Shown here: positions 1-8,993 of the stretch, in pieces
Layout of the letters: every line of letters begins with the position of its first letter
Position numbering within the stretch: position 1 is the stretch's first letter
NCBI GenBank assembly: GCA_964466475.1
Contig: CAYXNB010000001.1
Location: 44,635-108,634, forward strand
DNA: 64,000 bases
Direction: 5' to 3'
Source: an uncultured Candidatus Saccharibacteria bacterium
GTDB lineage: Bacteria > Patescibacteriota > Minisyncoccia > UBA6257 > GWB1-50-10
Notes under the pieces: generated by a model
What the model saw: the letters and a program-made list of their open reading frames with translations, nothing else
Databases searched by the model: none
Told to the model about the DNA's origin: nothing
Program-made: the position numbers and the translations under genes

Positions 1-516
1 AAAAGCGGGTTGGTTTCTTCACTCATAATCTGCGGAGATACCCCCATCTACGCAGACTCATCCTGCGTGTACCGAGGAGGAAGTGCCTGGAGAGAAGAAC
101 TTCTTCAGGAAGGCGTTCCTGAAAGCCGCATCCTCGTGCTTCCCCATATCGCGGGGAACACACGCACGGAAGCCTGCGGCATTGTCCAGTGGGCGCATGA
201 AAGCGGCTACTTGACGTTTTCCGTTGCCGCCCACTACGTCCATATCAGGCGCGCGTACCTCACAGTCATAGAGGCCGCGCTCCAGGCGCATTCTCGCAGT
301 GGCATATTCACGCGGGTACACCCCGCATGTCCGCCAACCACCCCATGGAAAGGAGTGAAGATCTGGTCACAATCCCCAATCCCTGTTTCCTGGGAAACCG
401 CCCTTCGAATAGAGGACGAGGAGAAGATTCCCGAATACAGAGAGCGAGGACATGTCGCAACCGAGGATCGGGCTCGGTTGTATCTGAGGGCGTTTTTCGC
501 CAAAACTCCGGCTTGA
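1..516 (+). CDS. DUF218 (YdcF/SanA-like) domain protein, 5'-partial (frame open to window edge)
   Basis: Track ORF 10..516 starts on TTG but the frame is open from base 1, so the gene continues upstream; internal motifs LIICGDTPIY and FSVAAHYVHIRRAY resemble the DUF218 core; no other domain recognised. Confidence 0.4.
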   Translation, partial: KSGLVSSLIICGDTPIYADSSCVYRGGSAWREELLQEGVPESRILVLPHIAGNTRTEACGIVQWAHESGYLTFSVAAHYVHIRRAYLTVIEAALQAHSRSGIFTRVHPACPPTTPWKGVKIWSQSPIPVSWETALRIEDEEKIPEYRERGHVATEDRARLYLRAFFAKTPA

Positions 517-560
517 TACCCCGAAGTCCCTGTGCAAAAACATCTGGCACGGGGACTTTT

Positions 561-1277
561 TTAAAATTCTATTTCGGTACGAGAATTAAACATCATGTGC
601 GCTTGGACTTCTTTCGCGCAGTATTTTTTCAACAATTTTGCGAGTTCGTCTGTCGCCTCCTGTAATTCCGCATCGCTTGTCGGGGGCAGGACGTCTATTG
701 CCATAATGGCGCTTTCTGTGTCTTTAGTGATTTTCGTCCTCTCCCCTTCCCTCCAGTTCCAGCGGCGGCAGACAACTCCCCGATCATCGCGGTAGATTAT
801 TTCCCCGGGTTCGGGCGGGTCGTTTTCCTCCCCGCCAAGTTTTATGAATTCCTCGTCGCCTTCGGCAAAATCAAGCATAAGCCCACCTTCCAAGGTATCC
901 ATGTCTTCCCCGCCCACGGGAATCATATATTTTATGGAAACATAGTTATAGATATCCACGAGCGGATGAATGCCCCAAAAGTCCCTGCCTTTTAATACTT
1001 GCCGCGCGAGCGCCTCATTTGAGGGGTTGTACCGCCCGGGGTCCGCGCCGAACGCCTTGTAGGCCTCGCGCCACGATTTGATGTTCGGATGCTCCGTTGG
1101 CGCTCCAAACTCTGCGAATTCTTTTTTTAAATTTTTTTCCGCTTCCCGAAATTTTGTTTTTAATTCTTCAGGCAGAGGTTCGCTTGAAATGCCTTTCGCA
1201 ACAACCACTCCGGCCCGAAATTCGGGAAATTTTTCGAATATTTCCTTGTTAATAATGAATTTCATGGTTTTATGCAC
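561..1277 (-). CDS. B3/4 (tRNA-binding, PheT-like) domain protein
   Basis: 238-aa ORF; segment VDIYNYVSIKYMIPVGGEDMDTLEGGL matches the B3_4 domain signature (N-x-v...G-x-P-x-h-x-fD) found in PheT and stand-alone paralogs. Confidence 0.45.
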   Translation of the reverse strand: MHKTMKFIINKEIFEKFPEFRAGVVVAKGISSEPLPEELKTKFREAEKNLKKEFAEFGAPTEHPNIKSWREAYKAFGADPGRYNPSNEALARQVLKGRDFWGIHPLVDIYNYVSIKYMIPVGGEDMDTLEGGLMLDFAEGDEEFIKLGGEENDPPEPGEIIYRDDRGVVCRRWNWREGERTKITKDTESAIMAIDVLPPTSDAELQEATDELAKLLKKYCAKEVQAHMMFNSRTEIEF

Positions 1278-2154
1278 TCTTTGTAATCAATTTTTGTATA
1301 TGTTTTGCAATCTTTTGTGGATCGTACACGTCAAGAGCAATTTTGCATGGCGGGTTATTTTTCGAAAACAACGTTCTTCCCCTCTGCTCTCCCCTCTTTA
1401 CCACTCGAATTCCTGATCTTTTCCATTTTACGCTTTCGGGAAAAAATTCTATATATACCGCAAGCGGATCGTGGAGTGCAAAATTTTTTTCATGGTGAGA
1501 ATTATTCCTTTGAAACCACGTTAGAAGTATTTTTTTTAGCCATCGCGTTGATGGGTCACGTGCTGACATTTTTTTAATGTCTCCCTCGTTCCAATATACC
1601 TTACGTGTTACGTCCAAAGGCACTACTTTTACTTTTTTGTTTGCAGTATGTTTCTGAAAAAATTCTGCGCCTGCGTCAGGGTCAAATCGAATATTCGTTT
1701 CAGAATACGGGGTTTCATTTCCTGGCACCTCAAATGCTCCACCCATTATCACTATCTCTTCGGGAGGCGTCGTATATCGCATTATGTCTATTATGTTTGT
1801 CATGGGCCCCAAAGAAATTATTTTTTTATTTTCCGGAATTCTTTTTAAGGGGCGCGCTTTCCCTGAAACCTTGGGATGCACCCCCCAAAGCCCATCCGGT
1901 CCGTGAAAGTAATCTGGCCATGGACATTCCAGCGGCCTTTGCGGACTTTGCGCCCCTCGGACATATTTCCAATGCCTTGCCTTTTGATATATAAACTCCC
2001 GCGCATTTTTTCCTGTATAGCGCTCCGGAGCGTTTCCAAACGTGGAAACCAGCGTATGCGTCCCCCGGGGGGCCAATGCGCACAATAAAAAAAGCGCGAC
2101 TATATCATCGATTCCCGGATCGCTCACTATTGTGTATGTGTTTTGCATATTCAT
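1270..2154 (-). CDS. Inosine-uridine preferring nucleoside hydrolase family protein
   Basis: N-terminal DPGIDD aspartate cluster (IVSDPGIDDIVALF) diagnostic of IU-nucleoside hydrolases; length 294 aa typical. Confidence 0.85.
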   Translation of the reverse strand: MNMQNTYTIVSDPGIDDIVALFLLCALAPRGTHTLVSTFGNAPERYTGKNAREFIYQKARHWKYVRGAQSPQRPLECPWPDYFHGPDGLWGVHPKVSGKARPLKRIPENKKIISLGPMTNIIDIMRYTTPPEEIVIMGGAFEVPGNETPYSETNIRFDPDAGAEFFQKHTANKKVKVVPLDVTRKVYWNEGDIKKMSARDPSTRWLKKILLTWFQRNNSHHEKNFALHDPLAVYIEFFPESVKWKRSGIRVVKRGEQRGRTLFSKNNPPCKIALDVYDPQKIAKHIQKLITKSA

Positions 2155-2205
2155 AGTATATGTTGCGAGGCTCTTCCGAGGAAGAGCCTCGCCCGTTTTT
2201 ACACT

Positions 2206-3855
2206 TCAAGAGAGTTGGTCGAGCGTCTCGATCACCCCCTTTGTGTATGACGCTTTCGTCACATGATCGGCTGCTTGCCGATCTTTTTCGGATGCGTTCT
2301 GCACCTGTACGGAGAGGCACAGCGCGGAAGCGTGGACCAGATCGGATGCGGAATTTCCGATCATCACGCACTCTTTTTCTTCGAGATACGCCATCCACGC
2401 AATCTTCCGCAGCGCTTTTCCTTTCTGTTTGCGGAAATCTGGTTCGGCGTGAATCGCCACGAATCCATGTTCCGGAGCGATATCAACCGCCTCCCCAAAT
2501 CTTTCACGCAGTTTTGTGCCAAGGGCGCGCGCGATGACTGGATTCGGGTTTCCCTCGTCATCCAGAGTGAACACCGAGCAGCTGCGGATTCGCCCCACTC
2601 CGAAGGCGATGCCGGGTCCTTTTAAGCCGGTTTCTCCTCCGAATTCTTTCGAGACGATTTCCGTTTTCAAAACCGGCGTTCCGGTTTTTTCAGCCCACTC
2701 TTCGATTTCCCTCCGCGCCTCTTCTGGTTTCCAGTCGACGATTGCCCTTCCGTTTATCACGGCTCCGTTTTCGGAGATGGTGGGCCCCTGCAGACCGTGC
2801 CCCCTTCCCCACTCTTCGAGCATTCGGTGAGGAGAATCGGAACAAAGACCAACGCTCCACCCCCCTTTTTCCGCTTTCTCGACACTTTCTCGCAAGTGCC
2901 GTTTGTGTGCGGTGAGAACGTTTTCCTTCAGAAGGGTTTCGTTGAGGTCGATGAACACGACCCCTTTTTGGCCCTCGATCGTCACCTCAGGACCTTCGGA
3001 GCAGTCGTCGAGCACGTTATTCATGTCGGCGCACACGGCGACGAGGGGTTCCGTTCCCACATATCCCTGCCTTTGCATGTGTTTGCAAAAGAATGGGTCC
3101 GCGTCCTGAAGCGTGATGTGGGGAAACTTCTCCCAAAACACCTTGTTCAGACCCCAGACTTCCTTTGCGAACCACAGGACCTTTTCTCGAGGAATGCTCG
3201 AGCGCTTGTGTGTGTCCACAAATGGAAGAATGTAAGGAGCCCTTGAGAGAGTTCCGTCGTGGTGTCGTATGACCAACCCTCCCCCATGAGATCCCACAAG
3301 GAAGTCCCGAGGGTCGTTTAGGTCAACCACCTCTTCCTTTGTTCGCGTTTCCGTTGCCCACACCTTCGTTGCCACCTCGGGAACGCCCACCTGTATTCCG
3401 CATACGATTTCTCGTATGCGGACCTCGTATTCCCTGAGCAGATTTATTATCCGCTGGATTGTTCCTCCGGAGAAGATGTCGTCCTCCAGAAGCACGTATT
3501 CCCCCTTGGGAATACTTTCTGCCTGTTCACGGAGCGTCTTAAAGCCCGGTCGTCCTCCTATTCCGGTATCCTCTCTTCCTCCCGGAAGGAAGATCCTTGA
3601 GACCCCAAGGTTTATGTCCCCTTCGACACACGGATCCGCAGAGATTGTCGGTCCGTTTGCTCTTTTGAACATTTTCTCCCTTATGTCATGGAGATGGTGT
3701 TCTACCATTTCCACCTCTCCGCCGAACGCCTCTCTGAAAACATCGAGAAGTCCGCGCGTGAATTTTTCCCACGCTCCCATTCCCTCTCCAGCATCGAGAG
3801 GAATTCCTTCAAGAGCCCAGTCGCCTTCGTTACGGAAGATGTAGACCTTGCGCAT
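2206..3855 (-). CDS. Phosphoribosyltransferase - HAD hydrolase fusion protein
   Basis: N-terminal half has type I PRTase PRPP-binding motif (YVLLEDDIFSGGTIQRI); C-terminal half has HAD motif I (VVFIDLNETLL) and motif IV (MIGNSASD). Confidence 0.6.
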   Translation of the reverse strand: MRKVYIFRNEGDWALEGIPLDAGEGMGAWEKFTRGLLDVFREAFGGEVEMVEHHLHDIREKMFKRANGPTISADPCVEGDINLGVSRIFLPGGREDTGIGGRPGFKTLREQAESIPKGEYVLLEDDIFSGGTIQRIINLLREYEVRIREIVCGIQVGVPEVATKVWATETRTKEEVVDLNDPRDFLVGSHGGGLVIRHHDGTLSRAPYILPFVDTHKRSSIPREKVLWFAKEVWGLNKVFWEKFPHITLQDADPFFCKHMQRQGYVGTEPLVAVCADMNNVLDDCSEGPEVTIEGQKGVVFIDLNETLLKENVLTAHKRHLRESVEKAEKGGWSVGLCSDSPHRMLEEWGRGHGLQGPTISENGAVINGRAIVDWKPEEARREIEEWAEKTGTPVLKTEIVSKEFGGETGLKGPGIAFGVGRIRSCSVFTLDDEGNPNPVIARALGTKLRERFGEAVDIAPEHGFVAIHAEPDFRKQKGKALRKIAWMAYLEEKECVMIGNSASDLVHASALCLSVQVQNASEKDRQAADHVTKASYTKGVIETLDQLS

Positions 3856-4153
3856 CTACCTCTCCTATTCCACAGATTAGTTGTGAACGAACAGCGGCCC
3901 CGATTGAGGCCGCTTTAGGAAGTTTGATTCAGATTATAAATGTGTGTTCAAACGCCATAAACCGCCCTCAATTTAGAGGCGTGGGCACGACGCACTGCAG
4001 TTGTTAATGTATATTTATAATTCATTATATTTTTATCATACTCCTCTTTTGCTTCTTGTCAAGATTTCGGTTTACCGCTTCCCTTGATTATTTCCCTGGT
4101 TTTGTATAATAAGAGGCAGTTTTCGCGCTTGTTGTGTTAGAAAGGAGGGTCTC

Positions 4154-4246
4154 ATGAAGCGACATAAAATGTTCCGTCTCGAGCGTTTTGTAAGACGCAT
4201 CCGAACTTTCCTCTTCATACACGTGTCCTGGTATAAGCATGTGTAA
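4154..4246 (+). CDS. Small ORF (30 aa, MKRHKMFRLERFVRRIRTFLFIHVSWYKHV) with near-perfect Shine-Dalgarno
   Basis: AAAGGAGGG 5 nt upstream of ATG in a divergent intergenic region; too short for domain assignment; could be a leader peptide or a chance ORF. Confidence 0.2.
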   Translation: MKRHKMFRLERFVRRIRTFLFIHVSWYKHV

Positions 4247-4314
4247 CGAATAGGCGCGCGGCTTTTTCTTTTCGGAGAGCCGCGCTTCTATTTTTTTATT
4301 CTTTTTGGTCAACC

Positions 4315-4344
4315 TTGTGCTTCTGGGCATGCTATGGGTATAAT
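4315..4344 (+). promoter_or_regulatory. Putative sigma70-like promoter (TTGTGC -35, 18-nt spacer, TATAAT -10) for the downstream oxidoreductase gene
   Basis: Consensus-like TATAAT at about 4339-4344 and TTGTGC at about 4315-4320; implies the real start of the next gene is ATG 4371 rather than the track TTG 4347. Confidence 0.3.
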
Positions 4345-4370
4345 TTTTGTGTTTCTATCATACTAAAAAA

Positions 4371-5984
4371 ATGAGAATACTTACAGGCAAAAAGTGGCGG
4401 GAAGGATATCTGGACTACCACAAAACCAAGGGAGAGCAGAGGATCCAGGTGCTTGCCTTTAAAAATCTGGAAAAGCTGGAGGGTGTGTACCACACGCGGA
4501 CAAAGAGCTTGCGCCTCTTGTGGAACTACTTCCCTGTTGTCGGGCTTGAAGGACTTATTACCAAAACATGGTCCCGTTTGCGGGAAGAGCGAAGAAATGA
4601 AAAATATGTTTCCTGCGGCATCGGAAAAGTTATTGAGACCGGAGAAGTTGTCGGCTTTGTCGCCCCGTGGCACCCGGCCTTGCCGGAACGTATTGTGTTG
4701 CCGGAGGAATTGATTTTCAAACTTGATGTTTTGCCCGAATTACCGGGGGACGTGATCCTGTATGTTTCTTTGATGAAAAACGCGGATTCCTGCTTTCGCC
4801 GGAATGACAAAGGCAAATGGTGGAGTGCTGCGCGGGCGTGGAGCATCCAGTCCGGTATTACTATTACCGATGCAATGCGGGCGAAGCTTGCGGAAGGCGC
4901 GAAAAAAGAAATCGCCGAAACAAACTGGCAATCCGGTCGGCGCGTTGAATCCGCTAATCCGAGTCCGGTTTCCGAGACGAGGGGTTCCTCAACGGATTCG
5001 GGGCAAAACACCAAAAGCGGCGCACTTTTCGGGTACGGCAATTACGCGAAAATAAACATTATTCCCTACTCAAAACCTTTTGTGAATATCCGGGCAGTAC
5101 ATGAAATTGACCCGACCCAGATATTTTTGGAGCAGGGCATCAATCGGTGGGACACATCTCCCCTGCCAAGACAGGATGAAAAACACGACGTGTATTTTGT
5201 CGCGACCTACAACCATACCCATGTTCCGATCACGCTCCACGCCTTGCGGCAAGGCGCGTATGTGGTGGTGGAAAAGCCGGTTGCCATGGATTATGAGGAA
5301 TTGAACGAGTTGGAAAATGCCTTGCGCGCGGCGGGAAGAAAACTTTTTATCGGCTTCCATAAGCGGTACGGACTTTTCAACAAACTCGCGCTTCAGGATC
5401 TGGGCGTTCAATATGGCGAACCGATCTCCTACCACTCAATCGTGTACGAACTTATCCAGCCGGAACTTTTTTGGTACAACTGGCCTGTTTCGCGCAGCAC
5501 CTTTTTCGCGAACGGATGCCATCAGATCGATCACTTTCTTCATCTCAACAACTTTTCCAAGCCAAAGGATTTTGATATCAAACTTTTGGCCGACGGCGCG
5601 GTTGAGGTCTGGATTGAACTGGAAAATGGCGCGGTCTTCACCACGACGTTTAGCGAAAAGGGGGTGTTTCGCGTGGGGCCGCGGGATCATGTGGAATTAA
5701 AAGTACACAATCGGAACGTGCGGATTACGGATGCCATCAAATACCAATCCGAAGACAATTCCCGCATTATCCGCAAAAAACGGATTTTTAAGACCAACAG
5801 TTATAAAGACATGTATCAGACGATCTGCCGGAAGATCGCGGAGAAAAAAGACGGGGACACCATAGAGTCCGTCGTCATCTCAACAAAACTCATGCTGGAT
5901 TTGGAGGAAAAGCTGCAGGCGCAAAAAGGATGGGGCGACAGATATGCCCGCGCCAAAGATGAATTCTGGCGTTATTTCAGGTGA
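4371..5984 (+). CDS. Gfo/Idh/MocA-family NAD(P)-dependent oxidoreductase with about 220-aa uncharacterised N-terminal extension
   Basis: C-terminal half: Rossmann GYGNYAKINIIPY and the EKP motif (VVVEKPVAMDYEEL) typical of Gfo/Idh/MocA sugar oxidoreductases; N-terminal 220 aa has no recognisable domain. Confidence 0.6.
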   Translation: MRILTGKKWREGYLDYHKTKGEQRIQVLAFKNLEKLEGVYHTRTKSLRLLWNYFPVVGLEGLITKTWSRLREERRNEKYVSCGIGKVIETGEVVGFVAPWHPALPERIVLPEELIFKLDVLPELPGDVILYVSLMKNADSCFRRNDKGKWWSAARAWSIQSGITITDAMRAKLAEGAKKEIAETNWQSGRRVESANPSPVSETRGSSTDSGQNTKSGALFGYGNYAKINIIPYSKPFVNIRAVHEIDPTQIFLEQGINRWDTSPLPRQDEKHDVYFVATYNHTHVPITLHALRQGAYVVVEKPVAMDYEELNELENALRAAGRKLFIGFHKRYGLFNKLALQDLGVQYGEPISYHSIVYELIQPELFWYNWPVSRSTFFANGCHQIDHFLHLNNFSKPKDFDIKLLADGAVEVWIELENGAVFTTTFSEKGVFRVGPRDHVELKVHNRNVRITDAIKYQSEDNSRIIRKKRIFKTNSYKDMYQTICRKIAEKKDGDTIESVVISTKLMLDLEEKLQAQKGWGDRYARAKDEFWRYFR

Positions 5985-7129
5985 GCGGCAATCCGTTCCC
6001 CTGCTTTGCCGTCGCCGTAGGGGTTCCCTGCGCGGGACATACGCTCATATATTTCCTTGTTTTCTAAAAGTTCGCGGACGCCTGAGACAACGCTTTCTTT
6101 TTTCACTCCGACGAGCTTGCTTACCCCGGCGTCAATTCCTTCCTGCCGTTCCGTTTTTTCACGCATGACGAGTACGGGCTTCCCAAGCGATGGCGCCTCT
6201 TCCTGAATACCGCCGGAGTCGGTCAAAATGATATGGGCGTTTTTCATTGTTTCCACCATCTTGCCGTACAGCAGGGGCTCGCAGAGTTCTATATTTTTAA
6301 TGTCTTTTAATTCAGCCTTTACAACTTCGCGCACATTCGGGTTCGGGTGTACCGGAAAGATAATTTTTATTTCGGGATAGGTTTTTGCGATTTCTTTTAA
6401 CGCTTCGCAGATTTCTTTCAGCCCCTCGCCGAAACTTTCGCGGCGGTGGGCGGTTACGAGGATGGTTTTCGTAGAAGTGGATATTTTCTCCCGAGGTTCA
6501 ACCTCATTGTTTAGAGGTTGAACCTCTAAACGCGCAACGGAAAGAAGAGCGTCTATGGCCGTGTTCCCCACCACGTGGATATCCTTTTCATCAATGCCTT
6601 CGCGGAGCAGGTTTTGCTTCGCGGATTCCGTAGGCGCGAAATGAATGTCCGCGAGGCGTGCGATTAACTGCCTGTTTATTTCTTCGGGAAATGGAGCCCA
6701 CTTGTCATGAGTGCGGAGGCCTGCTTCCACGTGTGCCACCTTTATCTTGTTCAAAAATGCGAGAAAGGCCGCAAGGAAGGCGGTTAAAGTGTCGCCTTGA
6801 ACAATGACCATATCCGGCTTTTGTTTTTTCAAAAACCTCATATACCGGAGAATTCCCAAGCCGCTTTGGATTCCGGCTATTCCTTTTTGAAAAATTCCGG
6901 CCCCCCGCCCGAACATTCTGTCGCTTATGGAAATCGGAAATACGACATCAGGCTTGATGCCGAAAACCTTGAGCGTTTCCCCCAGCATCGCTCCGTGCTG
7001 GCGAAATACGCACACGCTTGTTTTCATGCCTTCCTTCCGAAGCGCGGATATGACCGGGGCGAGTTTTATGGCTTCAGGGCGAGTACCGATGACTATGCAA
7101 ATATGTTTCATAGTATTATTTTTTCCCAC
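5972..7129 (-). CDS. wecB: UDP-N-acetylglucosamine 2-epimerase (non-hydrolysing)
   Basis: Full-length match to WecB/MnaA pattern: ICIVIGTRPEAIKLAPV N-terminus, HVEAGLRT, DSGGIQEEAPSLGKPVLVMRE C-terminal motif. Confidence 0.9.
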   Translation of the reverse strand: MGKNNTMKHICIVIGTRPEAIKLAPVISALRKEGMKTSVCVFRQHGAMLGETLKVFGIKPDVVFPISISDRMFGRGAGIFQKGIAGIQSGLGILRYMRFLKKQKPDMVIVQGDTLTAFLAAFLAFLNKIKVAHVEAGLRTHDKWAPFPEEINRQLIARLADIHFAPTESAKQNLLREGIDEKDIHVVGNTAIDALLSVARLEVQPLNNEVEPREKISTSTKTILVTAHRRESFGEGLKEICEALKEIAKTYPEIKIIFPVHPNPNVREVVKAELKDIKNIELCEPLLYGKMVETMKNAHIILTDSGGIQEEAPSLGKPVLVMREKTERQEGIDAGVSKLVGVKKESVVSGVRELLENKEIYERMSRAGNPYGDGKAGERIAAHLK

Positions 7130-8286
7130 TTTTCCGTGGACGACTCTATGGAGAAATGTTCTTTTGCGTATTTGAGACCATTTTTTCCGAGCTCTTTCAA
7201 ATGCGCCTTATTATCATACATAAAAAACAGGGCTTGCAAACAAGCATATTCGTTTTCGTATGACGCTGATTCGCCGCATCCCGCGTTTTTAATAATCTCA
7301 TGCGCCTCGCTTTTTTCATGCAGAAAGCCGAGTGCCGGAAGCCCTGCCGCCATATAGCCCATGAGTTTTGCCGGAACCGCGGGAGTCGTGTTTTTCGCGG
7401 TAAGCGTGATGAGTCCCACATCCATTTCTTTCAGCAGATCTCCGTATTCCTCTTTTGGAACCCAGTTTTCGAAATGTACGTTTTCGACACTCTCTTTTTC
7501 TTTTGCCTCCACAAGCCGTTTTTTTTCCGATCCGTCTCCGCATACCAAAAATACAATGTCCGGATGCGTTTTTTCAATCTTTTTTCCGAGGCGGAGCAAA
7601 ATATCAAGCGCTTGCGAAGGACCCACGACCCCGCCGAAAAATATAATGAACTTTCCCTCCAGCCCGAACTTTTTACGAAACCCCCCTGTGTTTTTCGCCT
7701 CCGCAAACTGCCCTGCATCCACCCAGTGCGGAATGACCTCTATTTTTTCCCCCGGTACGCCCCTTTGTTCCACCAGATAATTTTTGTGCTCATGCGAGGG
7801 AGTCGCTATCACGTCGCACGCCTTGTACGCGCGGTACTCCATGCGCTCGAAATACTTAAGAGCCATCTTGTTCCGGAGCACTCCCAGATCAACCGCGTTT
7901 TGCGGAAAGATGTCCTGAACGTTTAAAACATACTTCGCTCCGTATTTCTTTTTCGCCTGTTCCGCTACCCATGCCAGGGGGAGCGGCGGGCTGTGCACGA
8001 TCGCGGCATCAATCTTCGCGCAATTTTTCTTTACCGCGCGCCAGAATATCCGCGGCATGGTAAGCCATGAAATGCCTTTTACGATAAACGACACATCGTG
8101 ATGCGGCAGGGTTTTTACGCGGATAATTTTTATTCCGTCCTCTTCCGCGACTCCGCTTTTTTCCGCCGAGGTAACGACAGCCACCTCGTGCCCCCTTTTT
8201 TGGAGCGCGGCCGCGAGCCCGCGCATGAGCTCCGCCGCGGACCGAAGATTGGGAGGATACGAATCGGTTACGATAAGTACTCGCAT
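7108..8286 (-). CDS. GT4 glycosyltransferase (WbuB/WcaI-like)
   Basis: MRVLIVTDSYPPN N-terminus and the E-x7-E region typical of GT-B group 1 transferases; gene order after wecB resembles wecB-wbuB arrangements. Confidence 0.75.
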   Translation of the reverse strand: MRVLIVTDSYPPNLRSAAELMRGLAAALQKRGHEVAVVTSAEKSGVAEEDGIKIIRVKTLPHHDVSFIVKGISWLTMPRIFWRAVKKNCAKIDAAIVHSPPLPLAWVAEQAKKKYGAKYVLNVQDIFPQNAVDLGVLRNKMALKYFERMEYRAYKACDVIATPSHEHKNYLVEQRGVPGEKIEVIPHWVDAGQFAEAKNTGGFRKKFGLEGKFIIFFGGVVGPSQALDILLRLGKKIEKTHPDIVFLVCGDGSEKKRLVEAKEKESVENVHFENWVPKEEYGDLLKEMDVGLITLTAKNTTPAVPAKLMGYMAAGLPALGFLHEKSEAHEIIKNAGCGESASYENEYACLQALFFMYDNKAHLKELGKNGLKYAKEHFSIESSTEKWEKIIL

Positions 8287-8993
8287 TAATATTCTTTATT
8301 CCTGTTTTTTAGCGTATTTGTCAGCCAATCATCGAGGAGTTCGGTGTTGGGGATGATGCAGTGCCCGCCGATCTTCCCCGGGACAGGGTTCAAAACCGGA
8401 CGCACCACGTTTTCCCTGCCCAATTTTTTGTATCCTTCGTTATAATCCCTGTTCGGGATTGTATATACTTCTTCAAAATCAAGCTCCATGGCTTCGCAGA
8501 CGCGCTTTACCTCTTTCGCGAAGAGAATGTTCCAGCCATAGTACGAAGTATCGAGAATTTTCGCGAGCTCCGTGGTTTCGCTTTTTGCGAATGTTTTTAC
8601 GGGAATTCCGATGTTTTTGAAATACGCGGCCGCCTCTTCCGCTTTTGGGCCGCCAAAATACTTTACGAAAGTTTTCATACCTTCCGCAAGATGAGGATGC
8701 GTGCCGCGCACCGGGCTATGGACCGCGTCCTTCCCTATCGCGGCCGTTGTTCCCACGGCAACGGTTCCGTGGATGATAACGAGCTCCGAATCATACTCCT
8801 TCGCGTATTCCCGGGTAACCTCGACAAAATTTTTGATCGGAGGGTAACATACGTGAAGTACGCTAAAACTTCCCTTCAGATCGCTTTTTGAATCGCGGGT
8901 TTGCACCGGATACCGGAGCGAGAGCACCTCTTTCAACGCGCTTCCGATTTCACCCTCGCCGACTATGAGATGTGTTTTTCCCCTTTCTTTCAT
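8286..8993 (-). CDS. Short nucleotide-sugar dehydrogenase-like protein (UDP-Glc/GDP-Man dehydrogenase family, lacks C-terminal UDP-binding domain)
   Basis: Rossmann LIVGEGEIGSAL, KSTVPVGTT-like LVIIHGTVAVGTT, and catalytic-Cys region KIGGHCIIPN aligned to GGSCFPKD; only 235 aa. Confidence 0.5.
   Translation of the reverse strand: MKERGKTHLIVGEGEIGSALKEVLSLRYPVQTRDSKSDLKGSFSVLHVCYPPIKNFVEVTREYAKEYDSELVIIHGTVAVGTTAAIGKDAVHSPVRGTHPHLAEGMKTFVKYFGGPKAEEAAAYFKNIGIPVKTFAKSETTELAKILDTSYYGWNILFAKEVKRVCEAMELDFEEVYTIPNRDYNEGYKKLGRENVVRPVLNPVPGKIGGHCIIPNTELLDDWLTNTLKNRNKEY

Noticed and set aside
4088-4330. 80-aa minus-strand ORF in the divergent intergenic region
   Set aside because: Lys-rich low-complexity, no RBS, overlaps promoter elements and the SD-led small ORF on the other strand.
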